Part shown: in pieces, positions 26,396 to 36,497 of the stretch
How the letters are laid out: every line of letters starts with the position of its first letter
Position numbering within the stretch: the stretch's first letter is position 1
Assembly: GCA_016213235.1 (NCBI GenBank)
Contig: JACRBE010000059.1
Coordinates: 1 to 61,197 of the forward strand
Length of the DNA stretch: 61,197 bases
Origin: Chlamydiales bacterium
Lineage (GTDB): Bacteria > Chlamydiota > Chlamydiia > Chlamydiales > JACRBE01
Direction: 5' to 3'
The notes under the pieces: model-generated
What the model was told of the DNA's origin: nothing
Databases searched by the model: none
The model's input: only the letters and a program-made list of their open reading frames with translations
Translations under genes and position numbers: made by a program

Positions 26396-27679
26396 TTAAT
26401 GAAAATAATGAGCGTTTTTTCCAAGGTCTTCTTCGATTTGTAATAATCGGTTATACTTTGCCACACGCTCGGAGCGACATACAGAGCCTGTTTTAATTTG
26501 GCCACAACCTGTTGCAACGGCAAGATCTGCAATAAAGGTATCTTCTGTTTCTCCTGAGCGATGAGAGACAATGGTTTTAAAGTGGGCATGATGAGCCATT
26601 TGTATGGTGCGCAGTGTCTCGGTTAGCGTTCCTATTTGGTTTAGTTTAATCAAAATAGCATTGGCAGCTTTTGTTTCGATCCCTTTTTTCAGAAAGGTTG
26701 GATTTGTTACAAATAAGTCATCTCCAACGAGTTGAATAGAGCTGCCTAATTTGCTTGTTAATTTAGACCAATGAGCCCAGTCATTTTCATCAAGACCATC
26801 TTCAATAGAATCAATAGGATATTTTTTTGTTAAACTTGCCAAATATTCAATGAGTTCATCGCCTGTTTTCGATGTAAAAGGCAATCGTTTAAGTTGTTTT
26901 TTTCTATCAATGTATTTACCTGTTTGTTTATCAAACATAAAACTAGCAGCAGCATCTAAAGCGATGGTAACTTGTTGTTTAGGTTTATATCCTGCTTTTT
27001 CTATAGCAAGCATGATGAAATCAAGCGCTTCTTCTGCAGAATTGAGATTAGGAGCAAATCCCCCTTCATCACCAATGGAAGTAGATAATCCTCTGTCATG
27101 TAACAACTTTTTCAAGGTATGAAATATTTCACAGGACATTTGCATAGCCTGTGCAAAGGATCTTGCGCCAATAGGTCTAATCATAAATTCTTGAAAGTCA
27201 ATGGTATTATCCGCATGAGCGCCACCATTTAATATATTTAACATAGGACATGGTAGTAACGTGGGATGTGTATCTAAAATGGATTGATAAAGAGGGATAT
27301 TTTTTGTAAGAGCTGCTACTTTGGCAATAGCAAGAGAACATCCTAAAATAGCATTTGCGCCAAAATTAGATTTATTTTCTGTATTATCTGCTTTAATCAT
27401 GAGCGTATCCAAATGCTCTTGCTCAGTTACTTCTTCATTCATCAAAATATCAGTAAGAGGGCCATGTACATTTTTTATGGCATTTAATACGCCCTTACCA
27501 AGATAACGTTTTGGGTCTTTGTCTCGCAGCTCTATTGCTTCATGTTCTCCTGTGGAAGCGCCAGAGGGAACTGCGGCAGAGGCTCGAAGTCCATTTTTTG
27601 TTTGAACAGTCACTTCAATCGTAGGATTGCCCCTAGAGTCGAGTATTTCTCTTGCATGAACAAAGTTGATTTTTGTCAT
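26396..27679 (-). CDS. eno: Enolase
   Basis: DSRGNPT, VPSGASTG, GDEGGFAP, LVGDDLFVTN, SHRSGETED. Confidence 0.99.
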   Translation of the reverse strand: MTKINFVHAREILDSRGNPTIEVTVQTKNGLRASAAVPSGASTGEHEAIELRDKDPKRYLGKGVLNAIKNVHGPLTDILMNEEVTEQEHLDTLMIKADNTENKSNFGANAILGCSLAIAKVAALTKNIPLYQSILDTHPTLLPCPMLNILNGGAHADNTIDFQEFMIRPIGARSFAQAMQMSCEIFHTLKKLLHDRGLSTSIGDEGGFAPNLNSAEEALDFIMLAIEKAGYKPKQQVTIALDAAASFMFDKQTGKYIDRKKQLKRLPFTSKTGDELIEYLASLTKKYPIDSIEDGLDENDWAHWSKLTSKLGSSIQLVGDDLFVTNPTFLKKGIETKAANAILIKLNQIGTLTETLRTIQMAHHAHFKTIVSHRSGETEDTFIADLAVATGCGQIKTGSVCRSERVAKYNRLLQIEEDLGKNAHYFH

Positions 27680-27691
27680 AGCCTGCCTTAT

Positions 27692-28813
27692 TTAAAAAAG
27701 ATCGTGATTTTCTTTGATATCTTCATAAAGAGAAAGATAAGACTCATAGCGTAAAAAAGAAAGTTTTTCTTTTTCTACAGCATTTTTTACACCACAATTT
27801 GGTTCATGAATATGGCGGCAATTTGGAAATTTACACCGGTGGGCAAACGCTTGCAGGTCAGGGAAAAAAGATAATAATTCCTCGAGTGGGATATCCCAAA
27901 GCCCAAAACTTTTAATGCCTGGAGTATCTACACAATAGCCTCCATGTTGCAGAGGTATCAAGCAGGCGCTAGTAGTAGTGTGCTTGCCTTTTTGTGTTTG
28001 TGTACGCAGTGTGGCAATTTTTAAATCAAGACCTGTAAGTAGATTAATTAAGGAAGTTTTGCCAACACCAGATTGTCCAGAAAATACAGAGATTTTCCCT
28101 TTCATTACTTCTTCCAGGGAGTGAAGACCATCATTGGTTTTCGCACTTATTTTTAACACTAAAACATTTAATTTTTTGTAAGCATTGCAAAATTCATTAA
28201 TTAAAAATACTACTTGAGCATGTTCTTCGTTATGTATCATAGCAGGAGGGTGCTCTAGATAATCGATTTTATTAATAAGAACAATAGGCGTCATATTTCC
28301 TTTTTGCGCCATGATTACATAACGATCGATGAGTGTCGGTTTAAAAGAAGGTAAAAAGGGGCTGCAGGTAATTAATACCTGATCTACATTGGCGGCAAGA
28401 AGTTGTTGTTTTTTTCTATAGTAATTTTCTGCTCTACAAAGGACAGAAGATCTATTTTGAATAGTAGTAATCACGCCATGTAGCTGATCAATTAATTGAA
28501 CAAGTACTAGATCTCCCACAGTCACAAGGTTTTTCTTTTTTGTTCTTTCTTGTTTTAAAGAACCTCTAATACTGCAGAGGTATTCTTTGGAGTCAATAGC
28601 AACAATAATACCTTCAGAACTTATGCTTAATACTCTGCCTTCTGCTGTTTTATTTGTAGACAGTTCAAGAGAGATTTTTGCTTTGTTAGTATCTGTTTTT
28701 TTATATTTTGACTTGTCTTTACTTTGTGCAAGTTTTCGCTCTTTTTTATGAATCTTGCGATCTTTTGCATGAAAGCGCTCTTCAAAATCTAAGAGATATT
28801 CGTTATCTGACAT
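27692..28813 (-). CDS. rsgA: Ribosome small subunit-dependent GTPase RsgA
   Basis: NKID, GQSGVGKTS, GKHTTT, DTPG, and Zn finger CKFPNCRHIHEPNC. Confidence 0.96.
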   Translation of the reverse strand: MSDNEYLLDFEERFHAKDRKIHKKERKLAQSKDKSKYKKTDTNKAKISLELSTNKTAEGRVLSISSEGIIVAIDSKEYLCSIRGSLKQERTKKKNLVTVGDLVLVQLIDQLHGVITTIQNRSSVLCRAENYYRKKQQLLAANVDQVLITCSPFLPSFKPTLIDRYVIMAQKGNMTPIVLINKIDYLEHPPAMIHNEEHAQVVFLINEFCNAYKKLNVLVLKISAKTNDGLHSLEEVMKGKISVFSGQSGVGKTSLINLLTGLDLKIATLRTQTQKGKHTTTSACLIPLQHGGYCVDTPGIKSFGLWDIPLEELLSFFPDLQAFAHRCKFPNCRHIHEPNCGVKNAVEKEKLSFLRYESYLSLYEDIKENHDLF

Positions 28814-29552
28814 GATGCTGCCCTAAGCTATACATCAAAATACTCCCTGCTATTGCTACATTTAACGATTCTGTTTTATCAGAAATAGGAATTGTTATGG
28901 GAATACTAATCTGTTTAATGGCATCGTCAATTCCTTTAGATTCATTGCCAAGAATAAGAATCGTGCAATGAGTGGGGTTACTTGAAATATCTTCCATTGT
29001 TTTTCCTTTAAGATCTGCGCGAAAAATAGTAGCACGCGTTGTTAAGGCCCATTTTATAAAATCATCTAACGAACCTCTTTGCAGAGGAAGAGAAAATACA
29101 GCGCCTTTGGAAGAGCGAATAACTTTATCATTATATGGATCTACAATAGGTTCAATCAAATACATGCCATCGAATCCAAATGCTAAGGCAGAGCGCATCA
29201 AGGTGCCGACGTTGCCAGGATCCTGTAGTGAATCTAATACAATGATTTTATTTTTTTCATGTAGTGATTGAAAAGGGGGTATGCAGACTTCTGCGATAAT
29301 TTTCTCCGGATGAGCAACCCCTGATATTTTTTTAATATTCTCTTCAGTTGTCAAATAGATTGGAATTGTGGTAAATCGGGAATCAATAAGGGTTTTATCG
29401 CAAACGATGATGGTCTTCACTATAGGAAGAAGCTCATCCACTAGTTTATGACCTAATATGACAACAGATTGCTTATCATAGCGATAAGATTTATCTAGGC
29501 GTAGAGCAATTAAATGTTTGAGATAACGGCTTGTAATGGCTTGTATATAAAT
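28803..29552 (-). CDS. TrmH/SpoU family RNA methyltransferase
   Basis: LQDPGNVGTLMRS, ILGNESKG, ESLNVAIAG. The frame stays open and homologous upstream of the track's GTG (29441) to about 29552. Confidence 0.9.
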   Translation of the reverse strand: MYIQAITSRYLKHLIALRLDKSYRYDKQSVVILGHKLVDELLPIVKTIIVCDKTLIDSRFTTIPIYLTTEENIKKISGVAHPEKIIAEVCIPPFQSLHEKNKIIVLDSLQDPGNVGTLMRSALAFGFDGMYLIEPIVDPYNDKVIRSSKGAVFSLPLQRGSLDDFIKWALTTRATIFRADLKGKTMEDISSNPTHCTILILGNESKGIDDAIKQISIPITIPISDKTESLNVAIAGSILMYSLGQHHVR

Positions 29553-29568
29553 AGTTAGGTTCCTTGTT

Positions 29569-31455
29569 TTGAAAAAAAATAATATTAATAAGCATAAGGT
29601 ATTAGTCCCAGTAAAAATAGGGGGTTCTTTAACTAGAAGAGTTGCCCTTATATGCTGTATTTTTTTAGTAGTACCGCTCTTATTTTATAGTATTTTCATT
29701 TATCAGCAAATCTATCATGAAGAATTAAAAAATATTTATAATGATTTGGATCGTTCAGAAAGTGAGCAGTCAAGTATTTTATCAAGTTTTACAGATTATC
29801 AGCTAGAAGCTTTAAATTTTTTATATGAGATCATTATTGCAAAAAAAAACAATCAAATAAAATTTACACAACAAAATTTGATTGATACGCTCCAGCAATT
29901 TTCAACCCAAGAACACGTACTGGCCACAGCATATATAGGATTTAATGGGTGTGATACAGATATTTGCAATGGGGTTTCAAATCCATATATTACTGTTAAT
30001 CAGATAATTGAGTCGGTTCCTTTAGAAGATATAAAGCAAACAAAGAAAATGCAGGTTGTTCAATTTGTTCCAGGGCTTGGAAATGTGTTACTACTATTGC
30101 AGGCATTTACCAATGCCAAAGATAGTAGCATTATTGATGCTTTGCTTATTTCTATCATTGATATAAACGTTTTACTACATCGACTTAAGATGATTCAAAC
30201 AAGATATGAGGAGAATTTATCTATTTTAGATGAAAATGGCAACGTGCTGGCAACGACCTCTACTGCTTATGTTTCCAAAATAATCTCTCCAAATCCGAGT
30301 GCAGTGATTCAGCTGTATCCATTATCAAATCAACAATCAGGCTATTATTTTTCTATTAATAATCAGAAGAGATTTGGTGATATAGCAGAATATAAACCAG
30401 CGAAGTTATATCTATTTGCTGATGTATCTGAAGAAGTTTTATTTGGCATTTGGTACCAATATCTAAAAAAATTCCTTATTCTTCTTCTAACCATTTTGGT
30501 GATAGGAGGAGGAGCAACGGCTATTGTTGCAAGTCGGATTTCTATGCCGCTAAGAAGGCTAATTCAAACAATGATAAAAGTGGCTCATGGAAATTTACAA
30601 GAGCGATATGTCCAAGATAAAATGGGTTTTGAAATTAATCAGGTGGGAGAGCAATTTAATATGATGATCGAGTCTCTACTTGATAACATGGAAAAAGTAG
30701 AAACAGAAAAAATCAAACAAGAAACTTATAGAAAAGAATTAGCGATTGGTCAGCAAGCACAGCGCTCTTTATTTCCATCCACATTACCAAAACTTGCAGG
30801 ATATGATGTAGATGCAGGTTTTATTGCTGCTTTAGAGGTTGGCGGGGATTTTTATGATTTGTATATGAAAAATGAAGAAGAGCTATTTTTTTGTATTGCA
30901 GATACTGCAGGTAAGGGAATTTATGCCTGTATTTATTCATTACTAGTAAGAAGCATGCTACGCAGTTTTTTTGAATCGGAAAATACACTAGAGAAAATTG
31001 TTAAAAAAACGAATGAGCTTTTTTTGAAAGATACTGGTTATACAGGAGTCTTTGTCACTAGCTGGGTAGGTATCTTAAATGTAAAGACAAACAAGTTAGT
31101 CTATACGTGTTGTGGGCATCTACCAGCAATATTATTGAATGAAAAGAAAGAAATAGGGCATTTACATACCAATGGTATTGCACTTGGAGTATCTGAATTT
31201 GAACCGGAAATAAGGGAACTGGTCTTGAACAAAAAAGATGCATTAATACTTTATACAGATGGCATCATCGAAGCTCATTCCATTACAAATGAATTGTTTG
31301 GAGAAAAAAGATTGGAACACATTGTGCGCAACAAGCAATGGAAAACGTCAAAGGAACTAATTTTAGAAATAGAAACCCAAATTAGAGAATTTTCTGGTGC
31401 AAAAGCACAATTTGATGACATCACCTTATTAGTTATAAGATCATTGAAAGAATAA
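29569..31455 (+). CDS. rsbU: Membrane sensor PP2C phosphatase RsbU (periplasmic domain, HAMP, SpoIIE)
   Basis: Two TM segments, HAMP (PLRRL...EINQVGEQFNMM), VGGDFYD, IADTAGKG, YTDGIIEA, DDITL. Confidence 0.88.
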   Translation: MKKNNINKHKVLVPVKIGGSLTRRVALICCIFLVVPLLFYSIFIYQQIYHEELKNIYNDLDRSESEQSSILSSFTDYQLEALNFLYEIIIAKKNNQIKFTQQNLIDTLQQFSTQEHVLATAYIGFNGCDTDICNGVSNPYITVNQIIESVPLEDIKQTKKMQVVQFVPGLGNVLLLLQAFTNAKDSSIIDALLISIIDINVLLHRLKMIQTRYEENLSILDENGNVLATTSTAYVSKIISPNPSAVIQLYPLSNQQSGYYFSINNQKRFGDIAEYKPAKLYLFADVSEEVLFGIWYQYLKKFLILLLTILVIGGGATAIVASRISMPLRRLIQTMIKVAHGNLQERYVQDKMGFEINQVGEQFNMMIESLLDNMEKVETEKIKQETYRKELAIGQQAQRSLFPSTLPKLAGYDVDAGFIAALEVGGDFYDLYMKNEEELFFCIADTAGKGIYACIYSLLVRSMLRSFFESENTLEKIVKKTNELFLKDTGYTGVFVTSWVGILNVKTNKLVYTCCGHLPAILLNEKKEIGHLHTNGIALGVSEFEPEIRELVLNKKDALILYTDGIIEAHSITNELFGEKRLEHIVRNKQWKTSKELILEIETQIREFSGAKAQFDDITLLVIRSLKE

Positions 31456-32644
31456 TATGTTTATCCTCTATTTTTTGATTCATCGCAATGCGATTACCTT
31501 TTTCTAATAGTTTGCCAAATTCTTGGTTTGGCAACCTACCATTTTCCAGAAGATCTGCAGAGCTAATTACCAAATTATTTTGTTTAATTCTCTCGATAAA
31601 TTTTTTTAGTAGTAGTTGATGTTGCGAGTGCTCATCTCTAAAAGATTCCCGCTCATTTTCCGGCAGTTTTACACAAAATAGTTGGTAACATAGTTCAAAG
31701 TCAGCTTTAGCATATAAATGGGCCCAATCATAATCTTCTATTTCATTAATATTATGACAAAGCATTTTATTGCATGTATGTTGAAAGGAAACGAGTTTTT
31801 TATCTGTATTAGATAATTTTAAATACTCACACAGTAGGATTTTTTCTTCTTCAGATAAAGAAGTAAACAATTCAAGGATTTTTAATATTACAGGAGTGTT
31901 AGGAGGGAAAAATGGCAAATATTGTACATGCTCCTTAAGGATTGTTTCAGATAGGGGATAAACAGAAGGAAAGATTTCCTTTAATAATCCAACCCCATGC
32001 AACTGAATAAGTGCACGGTCAAAATTAGGGTATTTTGCCATTTTTTCGAATTCGTTATATACGCGCTCTATTGCAACGGCAGGAAACAAAAGAGAAGACA
32101 ATTCTTTTATTGCTGCATAGGTATTAGCATCGATAGTAAAGTGAAATCTTGCGCTATATCGTATGGCCCTTATCATTCTTAAACGATCTTCCTGAAATCT
32201 CTTTTTTGGATCGCCAATTGCACGAATGAGTTTATGTCTAATGTCTTGTTGACCATTTACAAAATCATAAAGCTCCTTAGAAATAGGATCAAAAAAAAGG
32301 CCATTGATTGTAAAATCCCGTCTACATGCATCTTCCTCTGGAGTCGCCTTTTCAATCTGATCAGGTCTGCGTCCATCGCTATAAGTGTTTTCTTTACGAA
32401 AGATGGCAATTTCAAAAGGATGATTATTTTCTACTATAATAAGAATGCCAAATGCAATACCAACAGGAATGGTTTTGGGGAATATTTTTTGTAGTAGCTC
32501 AATGGGAGCATCAGTAACAATATCAATATCATCAGAGGGATGATTCATGATAAAATCCCTGACCCATCCTCCTGCGAAATAACAAATATGATCATAAGAT
32601 TGTATTTTTTTTACAATCTCTGTAGCGGTTTTTAAATATGTCAT
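31433..32644 (-). CDS. cca: CCA-adding tRNA nucleotidyltransferase (class II)
   Basis: GGWVRD, DIDI, loop RKENTYSDGRRP, EDACRRDFTIN, EDRLRMIRAIR. Confidence 0.85.
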   Translation of the reverse strand: MTYLKTATEIVKKIQSYDHICYFAGGWVRDFIMNHPSDDIDIVTDAPIELLQKIFPKTIPVGIAFGILIIVENNHPFEIAIFRKENTYSDGRRPDQIEKATPEEDACRRDFTINGLFFDPISKELYDFVNGQQDIRHKLIRAIGDPKKRFQEDRLRMIRAIRYSARFHFTIDANTYAAIKELSSLLFPAVAIERVYNEFEKMAKYPNFDRALIQLHGVGLLKEIFPSVYPLSETILKEHVQYLPFFPPNTPVILKILELFTSLSEEEKILLCEYLKLSNTDKKLVSFQHTCNKMLCHNINEIEDYDWAHLYAKADFELCYQLFCVKLPENERESFRDEHSQHQLLLKKFIERIKQNNLVISSADLLENGRLPNQEFGKLLEKGNRIAMNQKIEDKHIILSMIL

Positions 32645-32682
32645 GGTACAAATATATGCATATGGAAAAAAAGATTCAACTT

Positions 32683-33111
32683 ATGAAAAATGTATTTTTT
32701 TTATTAATGGCTATCTGTATTGGATTTATTGGTTGTAGTAAAAAGAAAGATTTTTCTTACGCAGATATGCAAAATATCAATATTGATTATGCAGATTTTC
32801 AAGGATCAAATCTGCGGGGAGCAAATTTTACAAATGCCAGTATGAAATATGCGCATTTTACAAACGCAAACTTGGAAAAAAGCAATTTTCATGGAGTGAA
32901 TGGAGAAGGGGCAGATTTTTCTAAAGCGAATTTAAGGCATGCTAATTTTCAAGCGGCAAACTTAAGCGGAGCTACATTTGAAGGAGCAAATTTAGATGGG
33001 GCAAGTTTTATTGACGCTGTCGTAGATCATACCAATTTTAAAGGAGCAAAAAATTTGGATGGTGAGCTGAAAATTCGTCTAAAGACAAGAGGCGCTATAA
33101 TAGATCCTTAA
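32683..33111 (+). CDS. Pentapeptide-repeat lipoprotein
   Basis: Lipoprotein signal MKNVFFLLMAICIGFIG-C; A(N/D)(F/L)xx repeats. Confidence 0.9.
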   Translation: MKNVFFLLMAICIGFIGCSKKKDFSYADMQNINIDYADFQGSNLRGANFTNASMKYAHFTNANLEKSNFHGVNGEGADFSKANLRHANFQAANLSGATFEGANLDGASFIDAVVDHTNFKGAKNLDGELKIRLKTRGAIIDP

Positions 33112-33180
33112 ATAGAAACTAAATTCTTTTAAAAATCTCTGGAAAATGAAACCGGCATTAACTACATTTCTCATCCGTTT

Positions 33181-34080
33181 ATGAAAAATATTTACACCAA
33201 AACATTTACAAGAAAAGATCTTTTATCTGATTGGGAAATAAACGGATTATCTCCATTTAATCGATTTATTATTTCCTGGAATGGAACGCGCTTTCTTCAT
33301 CCGTGTCATATAGAAATATCTTTGTTATATGACACATGGACCGATCTTGTCAGATATGCTACATGGGGAGTAGGAATACAACGCTCTTATTCCTATCAAG
33401 ATTCTCAAGACAGATTTCGCATCTGTCAAGATGAGATTATCATCAACGATATGAGTTATAAAAAAATGAAGGTTCATGTGACAGACTCCAGTAGCATACA
33501 CCGATTATATTTATCTGCTCTCCAGGAAGAGGCTTTTAATGAATACGCGGATGATGAGATAATAGATAGTGATACAGTTATATTATCTCCAAAACACAGG
33601 TATTCTCAATTTGGATTAAATCTTGAGTATTCGCATAGAATATGCTCTCCTGTGTCTTTAATGAATGCAATGTCGTTCCTGGATGTCGCTTTAGAAGAGG
33701 ATCCCAGTCTATTTGTGAATGGCGTATACGACCAGGCCTTTGATATCTTTGGTAATTGGGTACTAAATGTGGCGCATGTTTCTTCTTTTTTAAAGAAGTA
33801 CAATCCTAAAGTAGAACGCTTGAGCAGCTTTAAAGGCATTTATCGGCAACTGTGCAATCATAAACCGGTAGTTGTTTCTCTTTCAGGATTATTAACTGGA
33901 GCTCCACAAAGCTATTCACAGGGACATCTAGTCGTTGTTTATGGCTGGGATAATAAAACAAAACAGGTTTGTTGTATTGACTCTGCATTTGCCTTTCACG
34001 ATCAAACGCAAGTCAAATATGATTGTTATGAATTTATAAACGCTTGGAAAATAAAAAAATACTTAACATATACATTTTAA
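33181..34080 (+). CDS. Peptidase C39-like family protein
   Basis: YSQ...ICSPVS (Cys), [15 protein letters not shown] (His), CIDS (Asp). Confidence 0.8.
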   Translation: MKNIYTKTFTRKDLLSDWEINGLSPFNRFIISWNGTRFLHPCHIEISLLYDTWTDLVRYATWGVGIQRSYSYQDSQDRFRICQDEIIINDMSYKKMKVHVTDSSSIHRLYLSALQEEAFNEYADDEIIDSDTVILSPKHRYSQFGLNLEYSHRICSPVSLMNAMSFLDVALEEDPSLFVNGVYDQAFDIFGNWVLNVAHVSSFLKKYNPKVERLSSFKGIYRQLCNHKPVVVSLSGLLTGAPQSYSQGHLVVVYGWDNKTKQVCCIDSAFAFHDQTQVKYDCYEFINAWKIKKYLTYTF

Positions 34081-34094
34081 TAATAAGGGGTTAT

Positions 34095-35192
34095 ATGAAA
34101 AAATGGATGATAATTTGTACACTACTATGGTCTATTCAACTTTTTGGAGCAAAAAAAGCGCTTATTTTTGGAATTACAGGGCAAGATGGTTCTTATCTTG
34201 CAGAGTTATTACTTGAAAAAGGATATGAAGTGCATGGGGTAAAACGAAGATCATCTTCTTTTAATACACAGCGCGTCGATCACTTATATGAAAGTATTAG
34301 TGCAAAGGAAGGGAGATTTTTCCTACATTATGGGGATTTAGTAGACGGTCTTAATGTAGTGAGATTAATTCAAGATATTGTGCCTGATGAGATTTATAAC
34401 CTTGGAGCGCAAAGTCATGTGCAAGTGTCGTTTGAAGAGCCAGAATATACAGCAGAAGTGGATGGAGTGGGAACTCTTAGAGTGTTGGAGGCCATTCATT
34501 TATTAAAACTAGAAAATAAAATCCGATATTATCAAGCATCTACTAGTGAATTATTTGGTAAAGTACAAGAAATTCCACAAAAAGAGACCACTCCATTTTA
34601 TCCAAGATCTCCTTATGGTGTAGCAAAATTATATGCATATTGGATCACGGTGAACTATCGAGAAGCTTATAACATCTATGCGTGTAATGGTATCTTATTT
34701 AATCATGAGTCAGAGCGTAGAGGAGAGACATTTGTTACGAAGAAAATATCGATGGCTGTTGCGAGGATTAAAGAGGGGCTGCAAGAGTGTCTTGTTTTAG
34801 GGAATTTGGATGCAAGGAGGGATTGGGGCCATGCAAAAGACTATGTGCAGGCAATGTGGCTGATGTTACAGCAAGATAAACCAGAAGATTTTATCATAGC
34901 AACCGGAGAGCAGCATAGTGTACGGGAATTTGTCGAAAAATGTTTTACAGAAGTTGGCATGGAAATTGGTTGGGAAGGTGAAGGTCTAGAGGAAGTAGGA
35001 AGAGATCGTGCTACAAATAAGGTTTTAGTAAAAGTAAATCCAAGGTATTATCGGCCTACAGAAGTAGAAGAGTTACTTGGTGATCCTAGTTTAGCGAAGG
35101 TAAAACTAGGATGGGAACCTACGATTTCTTTTGATGAGTTAGTAAAAATGATGGTTGCAGACGATTTAGCAAAAGTGCGCAAAGAAATATAA
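34095..35192 (+). CDS. gmd: GDP-mannose 4,6-dehydratase with an N-terminal signal-peptide-like extension
   Basis: [50 protein letters not shown] 34095 has an AAGGGG SD; leader [18 protein letters not shown]. Confidence 0.97.
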   Translation: MKKWMIICTLLWSIQLFGAKKALIFGITGQDGSYLAELLLEKGYEVHGVKRRSSSFNTQRVDHLYESISAKEGRFFLHYGDLVDGLNVVRLIQDIVPDEIYNLGAQSHVQVSFEEPEYTAEVDGVGTLRVLEAIHLLKLENKIRYYQASTSELFGKVQEIPQKETTPFYPRSPYGVAKLYAYWITVNYREAYNIYACNGILFNHESERRGETFVTKKISMAVARIKEGLQECLVLGNLDARRDWGHAKDYVQAMWLMLQQDKPEDFIIATGEQHSVREFVEKCFTEVGMEIGWEGEGLEEVGRDRATNKVLVKVNPRYYRPTEVEELLGDPSLAKVKLGWEPTISFDELVKMMVADDLAKVRKEI

Positions 35193-35205
35193 GAAGGAGA
35201 AAAAC

Positions 35206-36213
35206 ATGAAACGAGCCATTTTTTTCATGGTAGCAGTTGTAAGATTGGCATTTACATATGAATTTACGGATCAATTTCCTGATGAAGATGATTTATTGAT
35301 TGATTTAGTATTTTCTTATCCAAATCGTGAGATGCAATCCATGCAAGAAATAGTAGCAGCAGATATCATGTATATGGTTGCACTAAAAGCCTGCCATCAT
35401 AGCTCTCAGATGGTTGTACAGCCATTTTCTTGTTGGGTTGCAAAAACACATCGTGTATATGATCCATATCAGTTTAGGTTAATGAAAGTTGCAAAAACAG
35501 ATCAAGGGAGTGTAAAAAGATTTTGGATGAAATTAAAAGAGTTGTCTACAAAAGGAATTACAAAAGAAGATTTTGAGACTGCAAAAAAAGGACTGCTGGA
35601 TTTTTTAGATAAATTCAGACAACAGACAGGAAAAATAAAGCAATTCTTGGATCAATATCGCTTGATATTGAATGAACTAGATCAATCAACATCCAATGCT
35701 TACTTCAAAAGTGTACTGGCAGTAAATGAATTAAACATCAGTTATGCGATCAATCCTGTTAGTTTAGCGTATTGTCATATGGCGCAAGCTCCCAGAATTA
35801 TTTTAATTGATCATACAGATGGGTTTAAGCTTGAGCTAACAGAAGAAGATAAAGCAAATATATATGAGATTATCCATACCATGGGAACAAATGGTTTGTT
35901 TTCACTGTTAAAGAAGAAAGGTCATCTCCAATCACTGGGGAAAAAGATCAATCACGTAGGGCCACTGCAGTTGCTAGCTTATGTATTTACAGAACCTACT
36001 CTAAAACATGATATGAAGGCAGTGTATTCCAATAACTTTAAATGGTCTAATTTTATTGATGGATTATCAAAAACATTAAAAAGAGATTGGCGCACAGGTA
36101 TTATCAAACCACAGCTTAGTGGGTTTGCGCAGTTAGTTGGTAAAGATCCGGCCGTACTGGAAAAGCATCTTGAGCGAAGTGAAATTGATGCATTTGTAAA
36201 AGAGCTGTTGTAA
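35206..36213 (+). CDS. Secreted hypothetical protein, apparently co-transcribed with gmd
   Basis: 13-bp gap with an AAGGAG SD; N-terminus MKRAIFFMVAVVRLAFT; helical C-terminal domain. Confidence 0.6.
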   Translation: MKRAIFFMVAVVRLAFTYEFTDQFPDEDDLLIDLVFSYPNREMQSMQEIVAADIMYMVALKACHHSSQMVVQPFSCWVAKTHRVYDPYQFRLMKVAKTDQGSVKRFWMKLKELSTKGITKEDFETAKKGLLDFLDKFRQQTGKIKQFLDQYRLILNELDQSTSNAYFKSVLAVNELNISYAINPVSLAYCHMAQAPRIILIDHTDGFKLELTEEDKANIYEIIHTMGTNGLFSLLKKKGHLQSLGKKINHVGPLQLLAYVFTEPTLKHDMKAVYSNNFKWSNFIDGLSKTLKRDWRTGIIKPQLSGFAQLVGKDPAVLEKHLERSEIDAFVKELL

Positions 36214-36495
36214 CTGTATCATACGTAGATATGATCGCACAGCGGTATCTTCGACAGCGTTTAGAACAGGCCCGAGCCTCTGTTCCAAATCAACTTGGGA
36301 AAAAGACGAGCACTCCAACCATGCGTTGGATCTTCCAACTCTTTGAAGGAATACATCTTTTGATGTATAAGACTCGAGAAGGATGTAAGGAAATCATTTT
36401 GAATATGAACCCTGTACGATCCCATATACTGGCTATCTTGGGTTCTCAGTTCAAAAAAATCTATTCAAATAGCTGAGAGGGTTTCGGAATGTGGG
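36214..36495 (+). mobile_element. IS1634-family remnant (transposase C-terminal fragment 36231..36476 plus right end)
   Basis: AQRYLRQRL...VPNQLGKKTSTPTMRWIFQLFEGI is the typical IS1634 transposase C-terminus; the end ...CGGAATGTGGG resembles IS1634 termini. Confidence 0.8.
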
Positions 36496-36497
36496 CT

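Noticed and set aside
26305..26589. 94-aa ORF overlapping the eno 3' end
   Set aside because: Alternative frame of eno running into AT-rich intergenic DNA.
32740..33060. Periodic 15-bp pattern
   Set aside because: Explained by pentapeptide-repeat coding; not a CRISPR array or DNA repeat.
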